Positions 1 to 12,291 of a stretch of DNA of 64,000 nucleotides are shown here, one piece after another; the stretch's first letter is position 1; each line of letters starts with the position of its first letter. The stretch is from Octopus sinensis (taxonomy: Eukaryota): NCBI RefSeq assembly GCF_006345805.1, contig NC_043014.1, positions 32,054,001 through 32,118,000 of the forward strand, given 5' to 3'. The notes under the pieces were generated by a model. That model searched no databases. It was not told the DNA's origin and saw nothing but the letters and a program-made list of their open reading frames with translations. The translations under genes were made by a program, and so were the position numbers.

Positions 1-535
1 ATCTGCGACGATACGTCCGTAGTGACTGTGTCCTGTCCTTTCTCGCCCGCCTCGCAAGGCTTTTGGTTGACAAATTTCCCTCTCTGTCTTCCACGAAATC
101 CAGCGTTTACAATACTTTTTCGTCTGGCGTTAACAGCCCTTCTTATATTGTTCTCCTTGTCTTGCTCTCACTGTGATATATATTTTTCCACTGTTTATAT
201 ATATATTTTTTACTCTGTTATATGTTTGTACTGTCGTTACAGTCGTCTGCTTTTTTTTACCCCTTGCGAAAAGATCTCAGAATTTTAATTGATTTGCTTT
301 CGCGGAAGGAATTTTTCTTCGAAGTAACGTCCGCTTTTATCCTTCGAAACGTGTAGTAGAGGAAATCTTAGCGACTGAAGAAGGGGATTTTTGCGTTGTG
401 CTTATTGTCCTGTATCCTCCCCTTTTTTGTGGTGTCTGTCCTTGGGGGTGTCTATGTGTTTCGTCTTCTATGTGTTCGACGTCTTTTTGGGTCTGTACAC
501 ATTATGCGTGTATATGTACATGTAGAGGTAGGTAG
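1..535 (+). mobile_element. Penelope-like pLTR-type fragment (family E), truncated at window edge
   Basis: CCTTCGAAAC...CTGAAGAAGGGG boxes (341-386), then a T-rich tail ending GTCTGTACACAT next to (TA)n; same layout as 3818-4010 and 53775-53925. Confidence 0.5.
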
Positions 536-630
536 TACATATGTGTATATATATGCAGATATTCTATTTATTAAATATATATATATATATAATTATAATA
601 TATAATTTATATATATATATATATACATAC

Positions 631-900
631 AGAAGGCACATGGCCTAGTGGTTAGGCTGCTGCACTCACGATGCTGGATTGTGGGTTCAGTTTCCGACTG
701 GTGGTGCATTGTGTCTTGACCTAAACATTTCATCTCACATTGCTCCAGTGCCCCTTTGATTGTGTGTGTGGGGGGATTATTGGCCTGCTTGCCAAAGCAG
801 TGAGGTGGCATCAATTGAAAGCTAAAACAATGCAAAAGCGCATTGTGACTAGCGATGTGTAACAACTCTGACAGTCTGGCCGGTCACATGATCACATGAT
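631..900 (+). mobile_element. tRNA-derived SINE, family D (variant tail)
   Basis: GAAGGCACATGGCCTAGTGGTTAG A box, GGTTCAGTTTCC B box, TGTGTCTTGA core; tail shared with 50488-50606. Confidence 0.75.
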
Positions 901-1070
901 GTGTATGATATACATACATACATGCATGCATACACACACACACACACATTTTAAATAAAGATGTATTATAACTGTTATTAATGATATTAATAAGGTAATA
1001 ATAAGGTGGCTAGCCTTGGCTCTGATTTTAGCAAGTGGTATTATATACCCTACTGAATCTAAATTTAATA

Positions 1071-1115
<45 letters not shown>

Positions 1116-1173
1116 GAGGAAATAGCATTTATAAGACTAGTCAGATAACTTTAAGTTGCAATATCATCATTGG

Positions 1174-1205
<32 letters not shown>

Positions 1206-1894
1206 GCAACATCATTATCATTGTCATTGTTGTTGTTGTCTTCATTCATCATCATCATGTACATAGATAAAACACAAAGTTTAAATAGGTGGCATGTATG
1301 GAAATAGAAGCCTGCAGCCATCAATAGATCTTGGTGAAGCAATCACACGTGCACATCTGTTCAGTACACACTCACAAGCTCACACACATTGAGGTCTTTT
1401 GTATATTTGTTTCATCATCATCACCAATCAACATCATCATCATCATCACCATCACCATCGTCGTGCGTCGTAATCATCATCATCCTCATAATTATATATG
1501 GGTGTAGTGTATATGTATAATATACATATATATGTATGTATGCATTTATATACATACACCACACATATATACATATACATGTATATGTTGATTATATATA
1601 TAGATGTATAGATGTATATATATATATATATATACACACTTATATATATATATATGTACATAAACACACAATACCATACAATGGATCAAACACATGTATA
1701 AATACATACATATATACACGTGTGTGTGTGTGTACACATGCACATGTGTGTGTATACATATAATAATACATACATACATACATACACACACACACATACA
1801 TACTATATTTGTTTTAAAGTGTGTTTAATGGAGTTTCTGCAGTAATTTAACCATTGTGGTTTTATAATTGATTAGATTGGCAGTTGAAATATTT

Positions 1895-1901
1895 ACAAGA
1901 A

Positions 1902-1939
<38 letters not shown>

Positions 1940-2285
1940 GCAGCAACAACGATATTAGTTTCAACTGCTGTAGTTACAAGAGCCATTGCTTCAACAACAA
2001 CAACAACAACAAAAACAGCAACAACAACAGCAACAATAGTAGTAGTAGTTGTAGCACAATAACAGTGATAATGATACTAAATATAATTGGAAGTCAGATG
2101 TTTATTACAGCAACAGCAACGAGAACAATATCAATTATAACAACAATTGAAATTGCCACAGCTGCAGCAACAACAACAACGACAACAACATGAACAGCAA
2201 CATCAGCATCAAGGAGTAAAAACAACCACAGTTTGAGCATCAATAATAGATGCCATAGCAAGCAACAACAGTGATCACAGCAAAG
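1895..2285. repeat. (CAA/CAG)n cryptic trinucleotide array
   Basis: Visible ACAACAACA/GCAGCA periodicity. Confidence 0.85.
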
Positions 2286-2775
2286 CAATGCTTTTCAGAT
2301 CTGTGTTTTCTTAATGGTGTTATACAAGAGTCTTGTCTTAATACCCAACTTTGTAGCAGCTAAATCAGTCTTAAACTTACAAACCTACATAAACTTTTAC
2401 ATATATGGCATCCTTTTTGTCTGGGAGACAATGGAGTTGCGCATAAGTAGTCTAGTCCGGCTTTTACATTCATGGCCTGATACATTCTGCTGTGGCTGTG
2501 TGTAGTCCATCCTGGACAAACACTCCTATGGCATGTACCGCAAATGTAGCGAAGACCGTTCCTGGCTGGTTGTAATGCCATAGTTTCTTGTTGACGTCTT
2601 TTCTTGTCTTTCCATTTCTCCTCTCTCTCTCTGTCACTGCCTTTGTATCCCTCTCTTACGGTACATATATATATACATCCATATATGAACATACGAGGTT
2701 CATATATAAAATTTCCTCTCTACTATTTTTTCTTCCAGTATTTTTGTTTATTCATATTTCTTTTTGTATCAATCA

Positions 2776-3283
2776 CTAGCAGTATCGCCCGGTGTTGGTA
2801 GGGTTTGTAAGGGAAATAACTAATAAGCATTTTTAGAGAGTATCTTCCCTATAGATGCCAATTCGGGCTTTCTTAGCCATTCTTGTTTTGGTGTGTCTTC
2901 AAGCCATGAAGTCGTTCTAAAAGAACGCTAGTCTCTTGACAACGCTTTACGACGTTGATTTCCTTACACTCCCTTCCCCACAGCTTCACGATGGGGGGAG
3001 GGAACAGGGGGAAAGCAAACAGGTGCAGGTGTGACCATGGACGCCAACTCTGCCGCATCGACACACGAAAAGTATGCATTAAAATGGATAAAAAATGATG
3101 TTAAATTATTTTTAAAATTGTAGACTCATCGTAGATGCGCGCTAATACTCAGACAGGCTCGATATGAATCACGACTATAAGATACCCGAATTTGGTTAAA
3201 CTGCACCGCAAAATGTGGGAGTTGTTAGGAATCTAAATCGAAGGAGACAGACACTCACACAACTACAGTTTTATATATATAGA
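2776..3283 (-). mobile_element. Non-autonomous Helitron
   Basis: On the minus strand it starts TCTATATATATAAAA and ends CCGGGCGATACTGCTAG with a subterminal GC hairpin; sits between A and T with no TSD; 3' end shared with 27356-27739. Confidence 0.75.
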
Positions 3284-3591
3284 TATAGTATGTATTCTTC
3301 AATGCATAATAACAACTGCTAGATTTTTTCTTCTTCGTTTTAAACATTTCAATTGGTGATGAAATTAAAGGTATTTATTTTATAAATATCTATTACAGAA
3401 ACACATGTACAACAGTTATGTAAATAAATCCTTTAAATTATTGTATTATACTATTACTCTATGGATCTCTTCTAATGATTTGAACTGATTAACCAGTAAG
3501 TAAAAAAAAGTTTTTCGTAATTCACATCATCTCTATATTGAGTTATTACGTTATGGTTAATTGTTTGTGCCTTTAAGCCATATAAAGTTAA

Positions 3592-3622
<31 letters not shown>

Positions 3623-3630
3623 GGATATGA

Positions 3631-3776
3631 GGTAAAAATTTTGCTTCCCAATCACATGGTTCCAGGTTCAGTCCCACTGAATGGCACCTTGAGCAAGTGT
3701 TTCCTACTGCAGTCTTGTGTAGAAGACAAGCCTTGTGAGTGGATTTGGTAGATGGAAACTAAAAAGAAGCCTGTTC
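3631..3776 (+). mobile_element. tRNA-derived SINE family A, 5' fragment
   Basis: CACATGGTTCCAGGTTCAGTCCCACTG...GTGAGTGGATTTGGTAGA matches full copies such as 30564-30972. Confidence 0.8.
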
Positions 3777-3817
3777 TATACACACGTACACACACAGGCA
3801 TATATATATATATATAC

Positions 3818-4010
3818 CTTCGAAATGCAGAGTAGATAAAACAGGGGACAACTGATGAAGGGAATGTTCTTTATGTTGCATGTCTCATTCCTCTATTTGT
3901 TTGTTGTCTTTGTTGTTCCCCAAAACGTTCGCCTTCTATGTTTTTATTTTTTATGTTCTCATTTCTCATTTTGTCTACGTTTTTTGATGTCCTGTACCCA
4001 TATACACATG
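3818..4010 (+). mobile_element. Penelope-like pLTR-type fragment (family E) in a TA tract
   Basis: CCTTCGAAA...CTGATGAAGGG boxes, T-rich body, ends GTCCTGTACCCATATA as in 53775-53925 (reverse). Confidence 0.55.
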
Positions 4011-4085
4011 TATATTACATTATATGTAGGTATGTACATATATGTATGTATATATGCATATATTTTATATATTATACATATCATA

Positions 4086-4153
<68 letters not shown>

Positions 4154-4779
4154 CATATATATATACATATATATACATACAAACATATATAATACATATT
4201 TAGTGAGTGTAGTCCCTAATTCATAGTTTGAAAGTGTTCGTGGGAAAGTTTAATAAATGAGCTTTGAGAAGCATGTCTAATGGAATATCAGAAGGCAGTT
4301 TCTAAACAAATAATTTAATTTATTAAATTATTACAAGAGCTAACAAATAAAAAAGAGTATAGCCTGTGTGTATGCATGAGTCAAGGAAAACATTGTAATT
4401 TACGTTTGAAAAATAGATTCAGCTGGAAGTCATTTTAAGTAAATAGAAAACAGAGCTAGCTTAAGTGAAAATATATGAAGCAGAGTTGCGGCTGATGTCA
4501 TCCAGAATTTCGTGAAGCATGATGGGCAGAAATGAATGACGTATCAAGTTGAGGGTGGCTGAAAATTTAGAGCCAGCGGCACAAAATTTGCTGTGTAAAG
4601 CAATTTCTGCTCTTGCTACTAGTCCTCTGTCTTTCGACAAACTGATTAAAACTCCTGCTTTGTTTCATGGGTAGAGAACTGCCTCTAGATTTTCTACACG
4701 CCCAGCCTTGATTGGCTGGAGAATGCCATAGCACAACTGTGCTATGATGTGACAACTAAAACAGCTTTCCTGACATGCT

Positions 4780-4998
4780 ATACATCTATTCATCCATCTA
4801 TCCATCCATACATCCATCCATACATACATACATGCATACATGCATACATGCATACATGCATGCATACATGCATGCATACATACACACATACATACGTACA
4901 TACATACACACACACACATACATACATACATACATACATACACACACACATGCATACATACATACATACATACATACATACATACATACATACATACA

Positions 4999-5029
<31 letters not shown>

Positions 5030-5050
5030 GTATGTATGTATACATACATT
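4780..5050. repeat. (TACA/TCCA/TGCA)n compound tetranucleotide microsatellite
   Basis: Direct inspection. Confidence 0.95.
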
Positions 5051-5051
5051 T

Positions 5052-5545
5052 GTCCTCAACTGTTTGGACTACTGTTCTTTACTGTGGTCATTCTACAGTG
5101 TCAGATTAATAGCAGAACTTGAGGCAGTTCAGTGATGCAACACAAGGAAGATTGCATCAATGTAACAACAGCTGGGCTACTGGGAAAGACTGAAAGAGCT
5201 ATGACTCTACTATTTGGAGTGAAGACAGGAGAAGTATGCAGTGATATAAGTATGGAAAATGCTGGAGGGGCTGGCACCAAACTTTGGAATTGAGAGCTAT
5301 ACCAGACCCCAAACTGGACATCAATGCACTGTTCCAAAGGTCCCAACTGTCCCATCTAGAGTGAGGGCCATGTACTGCAATAGCCTTCGATTCAAGAGCT
5401 CATAGCTATTTAACGCCTTCCAAAAACATCTGAGGATTCTTCATGGAGTTAGGGTAGATGTTTTCAAGAAACAATCTGACCTCTTGGTATCCAAAGTTCC
5501 AGATTAACCAATATCAAGGCAGGAGATTCAAAAGTGGGCAGCAGT
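5052..5545 (+). mobile_element. Decayed CR1/L2-group LINE ORF2 C-terminal fragment
   Basis: Translates as LDYCSLLWS...ELEAVQ*..GYWERLKEL*LYYLE*RQEKYAVI*VWKMLEG, typical of the post-RT region; many stops. Confidence 0.75.
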
Positions 5546-5546
5546 G

Positions 5547-5917
5547 TTTACTCTTTTACTTGTTTCAGTCACTTGATTGCAGCCATGCTGGAGCACTGCG
5601 TTTAGTCAAGCAAATCAATTCCCGGATTTATTCTGTGTAAGCCTAGTACTTATTCTATCGGTCTCTTTTGCCAAACTGCTAAGTTACGGGGATGTAAACA
5701 AACTAGCATCGGTTGTCAAGCGATGTTGGGGGGGACAAACACAGACCCACAAACATATACACACACATACATACATATAAATATAGATCTTTCAGCTTCC
5801 GTCTACCAAATCCACTCAAAAGGCCTTGGTCAGCCTGAGGCTATAGTGGAAGACTCTTGCCCAAGGTGCCACGCAGTGGGACTGAACCTGAAACCATGTG
5901 GTTCGTAAGCAAGCTAC
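5547..5917 (-). mobile_element. tRNA-derived SINE family A
   Basis: Reverse complement of 30564-30972; CTTTTACTTGTTTCAGTCA tail. Confidence 0.9.
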
Positions 5918-6012
5918 CACCACCACCATCACCACCACTATCATTATCATCATCATCGTCATCATCACCACCACCACCACAGCCGCCACCACCACCATCC
6001 TCCTCCTCCTCC

Positions 6013-6215
6013 TATTCATCATCATCACCATCGTTTGACCTCTGTTTTCTTTGCATGGGTTGGTGGATCTGACAGAAGCTGACCACCTGAAGGGCTGTTC
6101 AGGCATGGTTTCTATGGATGGATGTCCTTCCTAACGCCAACCACTTTACATAGCGTACTGGATGCCTTTATGCAGCACCACTACAAGTGCTTTTTTATGT
6201 GGCGCCAGCACTTAT
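6013..6215 (-). mobile_element. SINE/LINE-tail family C with (GAT)n tail
   Basis: GGATGTCCTTCCTAACGCCAACCAC motif, (CAT)n on + strand at its 3' end. Confidence 0.7.
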
Positions 6216-6689
6216 GAGCCTATGTATGTATGTATGTGTGTATGTATGATGTATGTATGTATGTATGTATGTATGTATGTATGTGTGTGTGTATGTATGT
6301 ATGTGTGTATGAATGTATGTATGTATGTATGTATGTGTGTGTGTGTATATGTATGTATGTATGTATGAATGTATGTATACATATGTGTGTGTATACATAT
6401 ATGTATGTATGTGTGTGTGTGTGAGTGAGTGCATGTGTGCATGTGTATGTCTGTATTGAAAAATAGAGAAAGACAGACAGAATGGATCTTACGTTGACAA
6501 CGTCACACACACAAGCCAACGAAGAAATCTTTATACCGTCACTTGCCCAGTTAGAAATAGTAACCAAAGCACCTCAAATCATATACAACTGTCATCATGG
6601 TAGGAAACATAACATTAAAATAAATAAAATGGTTACATAGATTTGCTTAACTAGAACTGACTGGGGTTAAACTATTGCTTCTGCTACTG

Positions 6690-6720
<31 letters not shown>

Positions 6721-7033
6721 CATCAACGAACATTGGAGGTAGTGGGGGGGAGATCCTAAGAAGTTGTCTTTAACCAACCCAGGAAATGAAATGAATCTAT
6801 AAGAGAGAAATTCTATAGAGAATCTCTTGATTCACTCAATGGAACAGATAAATCTCCCTTAATAAACTCACTAAATTAATTAATCTAATCGGTAATCATA
6901 GATCTGATGAAAATTTTCTGTTACCATGGTAACAGAAAATGGTAACAATGTTTATCTTCAGTAAAATGTTGATTTATTATAGGCAGATGGTTTTATTTCT
7001 TACAAGAGTTAATCAACATTTTACTCCTATTTT

Positions 7034-7451
7034 ATTTCTTTATTACCCACACGGGGCTAAACATAGAGAGGACAAACAAGGACAAACAAAGGGTTTAAGT
7101 CAACTACATCAATCTCAATGCATAACTGGTACTTATTTAATCGACCCCAAAGAGATGAAAGGTAAAGTCAACTTCAGCGGAATTTGAACTCAGAACATAA
7201 CGACAGACAAAATACCTATTTCTTTACTACCCACAAGGGGCTAAACACAGAGAGGACAAACAAGGACAGACAAACGGATTATGTCGATTATATCGATCCC
7301 AGTGTGTAACTGGTACTTATTTAATCAACCCCGAAAGGATGAAAGGCAAAGTCGACCTCGGCGGAATTTGAACTCAGAACGTAGCGGCAGACGAAATACC
7401 GCTAAGCATGTCACCCGGCATGCTAACATTTCTGCCAGCTTGCTGCCATTT
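7034..7451 (-). mobile_element. SINE family B, dimeric copy with 16-bp TSD
   Basis: Two tandem GAATTTGAACTCAGAAC units; ATTTTACTCCTATTTT at 7018-7033 and 7452-7467. Confidence 0.9.
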
Positions 7452-7639
7452 ATTTTACTCCTATTTTGCAAGCCTATTGTTATTGCTACAGCACAACTGA
7501 TTTCACATCATGGTGAATTGTAAGGTTGTGTCTGGACTGTTTACATTTAAGTGGACTGGGTTGTTGATAAATAAATAAGTGTCTTTGTTATGGACATGAC
7601 TCAGTAAATTATATTTCACTGTGGTACATGCTTACAGAT

Positions 7640-7895
7640 GAAGGCATGTAACCCAGTGGTTAGGGCGTTGTACTCATGATCACAAGATCATGGTTTCGAT
7701 TCCTAGACTGGCTGGGGTGTTGTGTTCTTGAGCAAAAAAACTTCCATGTTGCTTCAGTCTATTCAGTTGTAAACGAGCAACCCTGTGATGGACTGGCATC
7801 CTACCCAAGGGGAGTTTTGTGTGCTCGGTCAGTTACATACCATGGTAACTGGATAACTGGACTTATGAATCCTAGAGTTCAAGATGGTACTTATT
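7640..7895 (+). mobile_element. tRNA-derived SINE family D
   Basis: GAAGGCATG..CAGTGGTTAG, GGTTTCGATTCC B box, TGTGTTCTTGAGCAA. Confidence 0.75.
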
Positions 7896-8696
7896 TACTA
7901 CATGCTTACAGCTAGCTGCTCTGGACAAGTGTTTTCTTCACAGAGGCAAACAGCTTAGTCCTCAGATTTAACTCTTTACTCATAGAAAGAGGGATAGTAT
8001 CCACAGCTTTGACATTCCCTTCTCCAAGACAAACTATTGAAACTGATGCAACTGTACCCTGCTTAAACCCATACAGACCAATATAGTCAATAAAATATGG
8101 GCTGGAAGAGAAAAGGGTGGATGAACTCTGTCAAAGGCTGGGGACTAGGCTGTGATGTTAAAAAGGACATCATTTCAGTACTACAACCAGAAGGTTAAGG
8201 GCATTCAAAGATTAGTGTCTAGGGTTAAACAGAACAGTATGTTAGGCTTCATAAGTATTCATAAGTCCAGTTATCCAGTTACCATGGCTAAAGGAAGCCA
8301 AAGACCAATTTAAAGTGTCAAACTGGATTGTATGTTAGGTTTACTACAGCCTGGAGATGAAAAACATTCAAGGACCATGAATAAGGACTAAACTGGGAAG
8401 CATATTTAGCCTGATTTCTAAAATCTATGCTAAAAGTACCCAAGAAGCAGGTATGATAGTATAGTAGAATAGTTTGCTTTCAATGAAATTGTTTTTACTG
8501 ATGTGGACTGAAGCTCGTCTCTTTGAATTTTTATGAGTATATATTTGCTCATAGAAAGTAAATTAGTGTGAGTTTTAAGAAGTTTGGCTGCAAACCATAA
8601 AGTTTTGAAGACAAGTCAGACTACATCAATCGTTTTTACTATCAATTGACATAACTTATCTCTATTCTTTGACTTGACAGAAAAGCAAGAGTACTT

Positions 8697-9185
8697 TGCT
8701 ATTATCTAAAACCAATTTTTTATTTGCTAAAGGATATGTAAATAAGACATTACGCTCATGAAAAGGGTGTAATAGTTGATCAACAGACTTAGAATGGCTA
8801 TCACCACTTCACAGGGAAGGGAAAAGGTAAGAAATTGGCTGGTTGTTTCCTTCTGTGAAACAATTTTTGTCCAAAATGTTTAACTTTTTACATTCTTGTG
8901 AAGTCCTGTCAAGCCAAGTGAGATCAGAGTTGTGGCCTATGCCAATGTCAGGTCGATGGCACCTGTGCCAGTGGAATGTAAAAAAACACCCACTACACTC
9001 TTGGAGTGGTTGGTGGTAGGAAGGGCATCCAGCTGTAGAAACCATGCCAAATCAGACTGGAACCTGGTGCAGCTCCCTAGCGTACCATATACATCTATAT
9101 ATGGATTCTTCGTGTGTGTGTATATATGTGTGTATGAATACACACATGCATACACTCACCACACACACATACACACTCACTCACT

Positions 9186-9217
<32 letters not shown>

Positions 9218-9521
9218 AACACTCATATATGTGTGCATGTGCAGATCTCTGTGTGTCTTCTCTGTGTCTAAACGATAACACCACCACTGCTAATATCAAA
9301 CTATCCAACCCATGCCAGCATGGAAAGTGGATGCTAAATGATGATGATGATAATTTTTTATCACCTATTTTGTAGCCTTTCCCCCTACCTTTTACTGGTA
9401 CTTTTCTCCATGAGGTATAGATAGCTATTCCAAAAGTCTATTGATCAACTATTATACCTCACAAGTGTAATAGTTTATTTCCTAATTCTTTAGTAAATAA
9501 AAAATTGGCTGTCGACAATAG
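8697..9521. mobile_element. Old foldback/MITE-like element with ~105-bp imperfect inverted arms, interrupted by a family C copy
   Basis: 8697-8802 (CCAATTTTTTATTTGCTAAAG...TAATAGTTGATCAACAGACTT..GGCTATC) is the reverse complement of 9420-9521. Confidence 0.6.
8905..9351 (+). mobile_element. Family C element carrying an internal templated insertion (9090-9299)
   Basis: GGAAGGGCATCCAGCTGTAGAAAC...TCCAACCCATGCCAGCATGGAAAG plus (GAT)n tail. Confidence 0.8.
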
Positions 9522-9830
9522 AAAAGAATCAAAGCAACACATTAGACCAGATTACACCTAGTTATTTGATTACCTCCATGTCACAGATTATCTCTGTTGG
9601 AGCTGACATGGGCTGCACAAGAACAGTGTCATCATCATCATCATTACAATCCTCCTCCTCCTCCTCATCATCATCATCATCAACGGCAACAACATGAACA
9701 CTAACAACAAAAGCAACACAGCCTTTTCACAGTTGAATGGTTAGCAGCAGGATGTGCACCCAGCTGTAAATAAAATATCATTACTTAAATTAACCAGTCA
9801 ACCCAGACATAAATGAAATATAAATTTAAA

Positions 9831-9837
<7 letters not shown>

Positions 9838-9910
<73 letters not shown>

Positions 9911-9941
9911 CATACATACATACATACATATATATATATAT

Positions 9942-9994
<53 letters not shown>

Positions 9995-10028
9995 TTATAG
10001 ATATATACATACATACATATATATATAT

Positions 10029-10108
<80 letters not shown>

Positions 10109-10110
10109 TT
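9838..10110. repeat. (TA)n-dominated microsatellite
   Basis: Direct inspection. Confidence 0.95.
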
Positions 10111-10239
10111 ACTTCCTGGCCTCCTTAAATTTGTTGTTAGTCCTTGGTCAGTCTGGATCTAGTAGGCCTGTAATCAAAGGTATTCCTTCCAGCTATGACT
10201 CTCCTGTCCTATTTTCAATTGCAATATATTTAGCATTAC

Positions 10240-10388
10240 TTCTGAGTTCAAATTTCACCGAGATCAGCTTTGCCTTTCATTCTTTCGGGGTTGATAAAAT
10301 AAATACCAGCCATGCACTGAGGTTGATATAATCAACTTACCCCATCCCCCAAAATCGCTGGCCTTGCCCCAAAATTTGAAACCAGTAT
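10240..10388 (+). mobile_element. SINE family B fragment
   Basis: TTCTGAGTTCAAATTTCACCGAG..CTTTGCCTTTCAT. Confidence 0.7.
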
Positions 10389-10603
10389 ATCTAGCATTAC
10401 TTTATCCAATGCCTGGTTTGGTTTCATTTTTGAGGCATTAAAGTACGATCTGAGAGCAAATTTGGCTGGTACTTCTTGCAGGCAGAGTACTAATGTTAAG
10501 CTTCCCTCTTGGGCTTGTGTGTTGATATTAGCAGTGGTGGTGTTATGGTTTAGACACAGAGAAGACACACAGAAATTTGCACATGCACACATATATGAGT
10601 GTT

Positions 10604-10687
<84 letters not shown>

Positions 10688-11134
10688 TGTATGCATGTGT
10701 GTATTCGTACACACATATATACACACACACGAAGAATCCATATATAGATGTACACCTATACATATACTTTCATGCACAAATCCAAGCACACACATACACA
10801 CACACTCACGTGCAGAGAAATCCACTGATCTACACATACAGAAGCAGAGATATAAATGATGACAATAGCAACAACAACAACAGCAACAACAGCAACAACA
10901 ACAACAGGAATTTCTAGATTAGGTTTTCAGAAAGTATCACTGTGAATGATAAATGAATTGAACAAAACAATTAATCACCCCTTGCTATGAAAGTCTTTCG
11001 AAAATAGAAACAGTTTTAGTTATATTTATGTACTATTATCTCTAAAGAGATACCAATAAATCTTGGTGATCAGCAGTACAGATGGAAGCTTCTGGAAATG
11101 TGTAAGATATATATGTTTGTGTATGTATATGAGA

Positions 11135-11165
<31 letters not shown>

Positions 11166-11274
11166 CATCATCATCATCATCATCATCATCATTTATATAT
11201 ATATATATGTATGTATATCTATATATATGCTTATATATATAAACATATATATATATATGTTTATATATATAAAC

Positions 11275-11318
<44 letters not shown>

Positions 11319-12291
11319 TATATGTTTATATATATATATATATATATCATATACATATATATAGATATATATATATAGATATAAATATTATATATATATG
11401 TTTATATATATATAATATACATACATATATATATATATACATATTATATATACATACATATATATGTGTGTGTGTGTGTATATATATTATAGTGTTCACC
11501 CCATGCCAGCATGGAAGGCGGATTTTAAATGATGATTATGATGATGATGATGATGGTGATATATATATTTTCACATAACGCACACACATATATGCACATG
11601 TATATACATACATATATACATATATATACCGATTTATGCACACACGCATGCACACACACACACATATAATTGTATGTATGTATGTGTGCATGGATCACTC
11701 AATGAATGCATTTAAATAGAGCATCACATATATTATTAATATGGAGAAGGTTGACACAGTCTTTGAAGTTTTGGCTTAGTTGCATTCATTAGTGTCACTC
11801 CTTGGTTATTTATGTACGTGTGTCTGTGCATGTGTATGTGTGTATGTATGTGGGTATGGCTGTATGCGCATGTACACGTGTGTGTGTCCGTCTATCTGTG
11901 TGCATGTGTGTAGCATAATATTGTAGAATGTAGTTTGTATTTATGTACTGACACCATTTTTACACATGTTTCAGTGCTGATCGCAAAACGATTGGGTAAG
12001 ATTAATTTTAAGCAATACTTTATCACGTATCACCTCATCAGATGTTGTTGGAGTTAAATGGAACATATTCCAGTCTAACTCAATAATCATATCTTGCTCT
12101 TTAACAAGCACTGAATAAGCATTACATACATGGGTGTGTGTATGTGTGTGTGTATGTGTGTGCAAACAACCACAAAAACATACACATATTTCTAAAGATA
12201 TATTTCTTCACATTTAAGTATATTGTCTTCATACATTCACATTTGAGTGTGTGTGTATCTGTGTATACATACATATATATGTATGTATGTA

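Noticed and set aside
2288-2505. Possible exon after TTTTCAG
   Set aside because: No recognisable protein similarity or convincing donor site
6904-6946. CTGATGA...GAAA around a 28-bp palindrome (6913-6940) as a hammerhead
   Set aside because: The palindrome includes the GAAA box; stems I and III do not form
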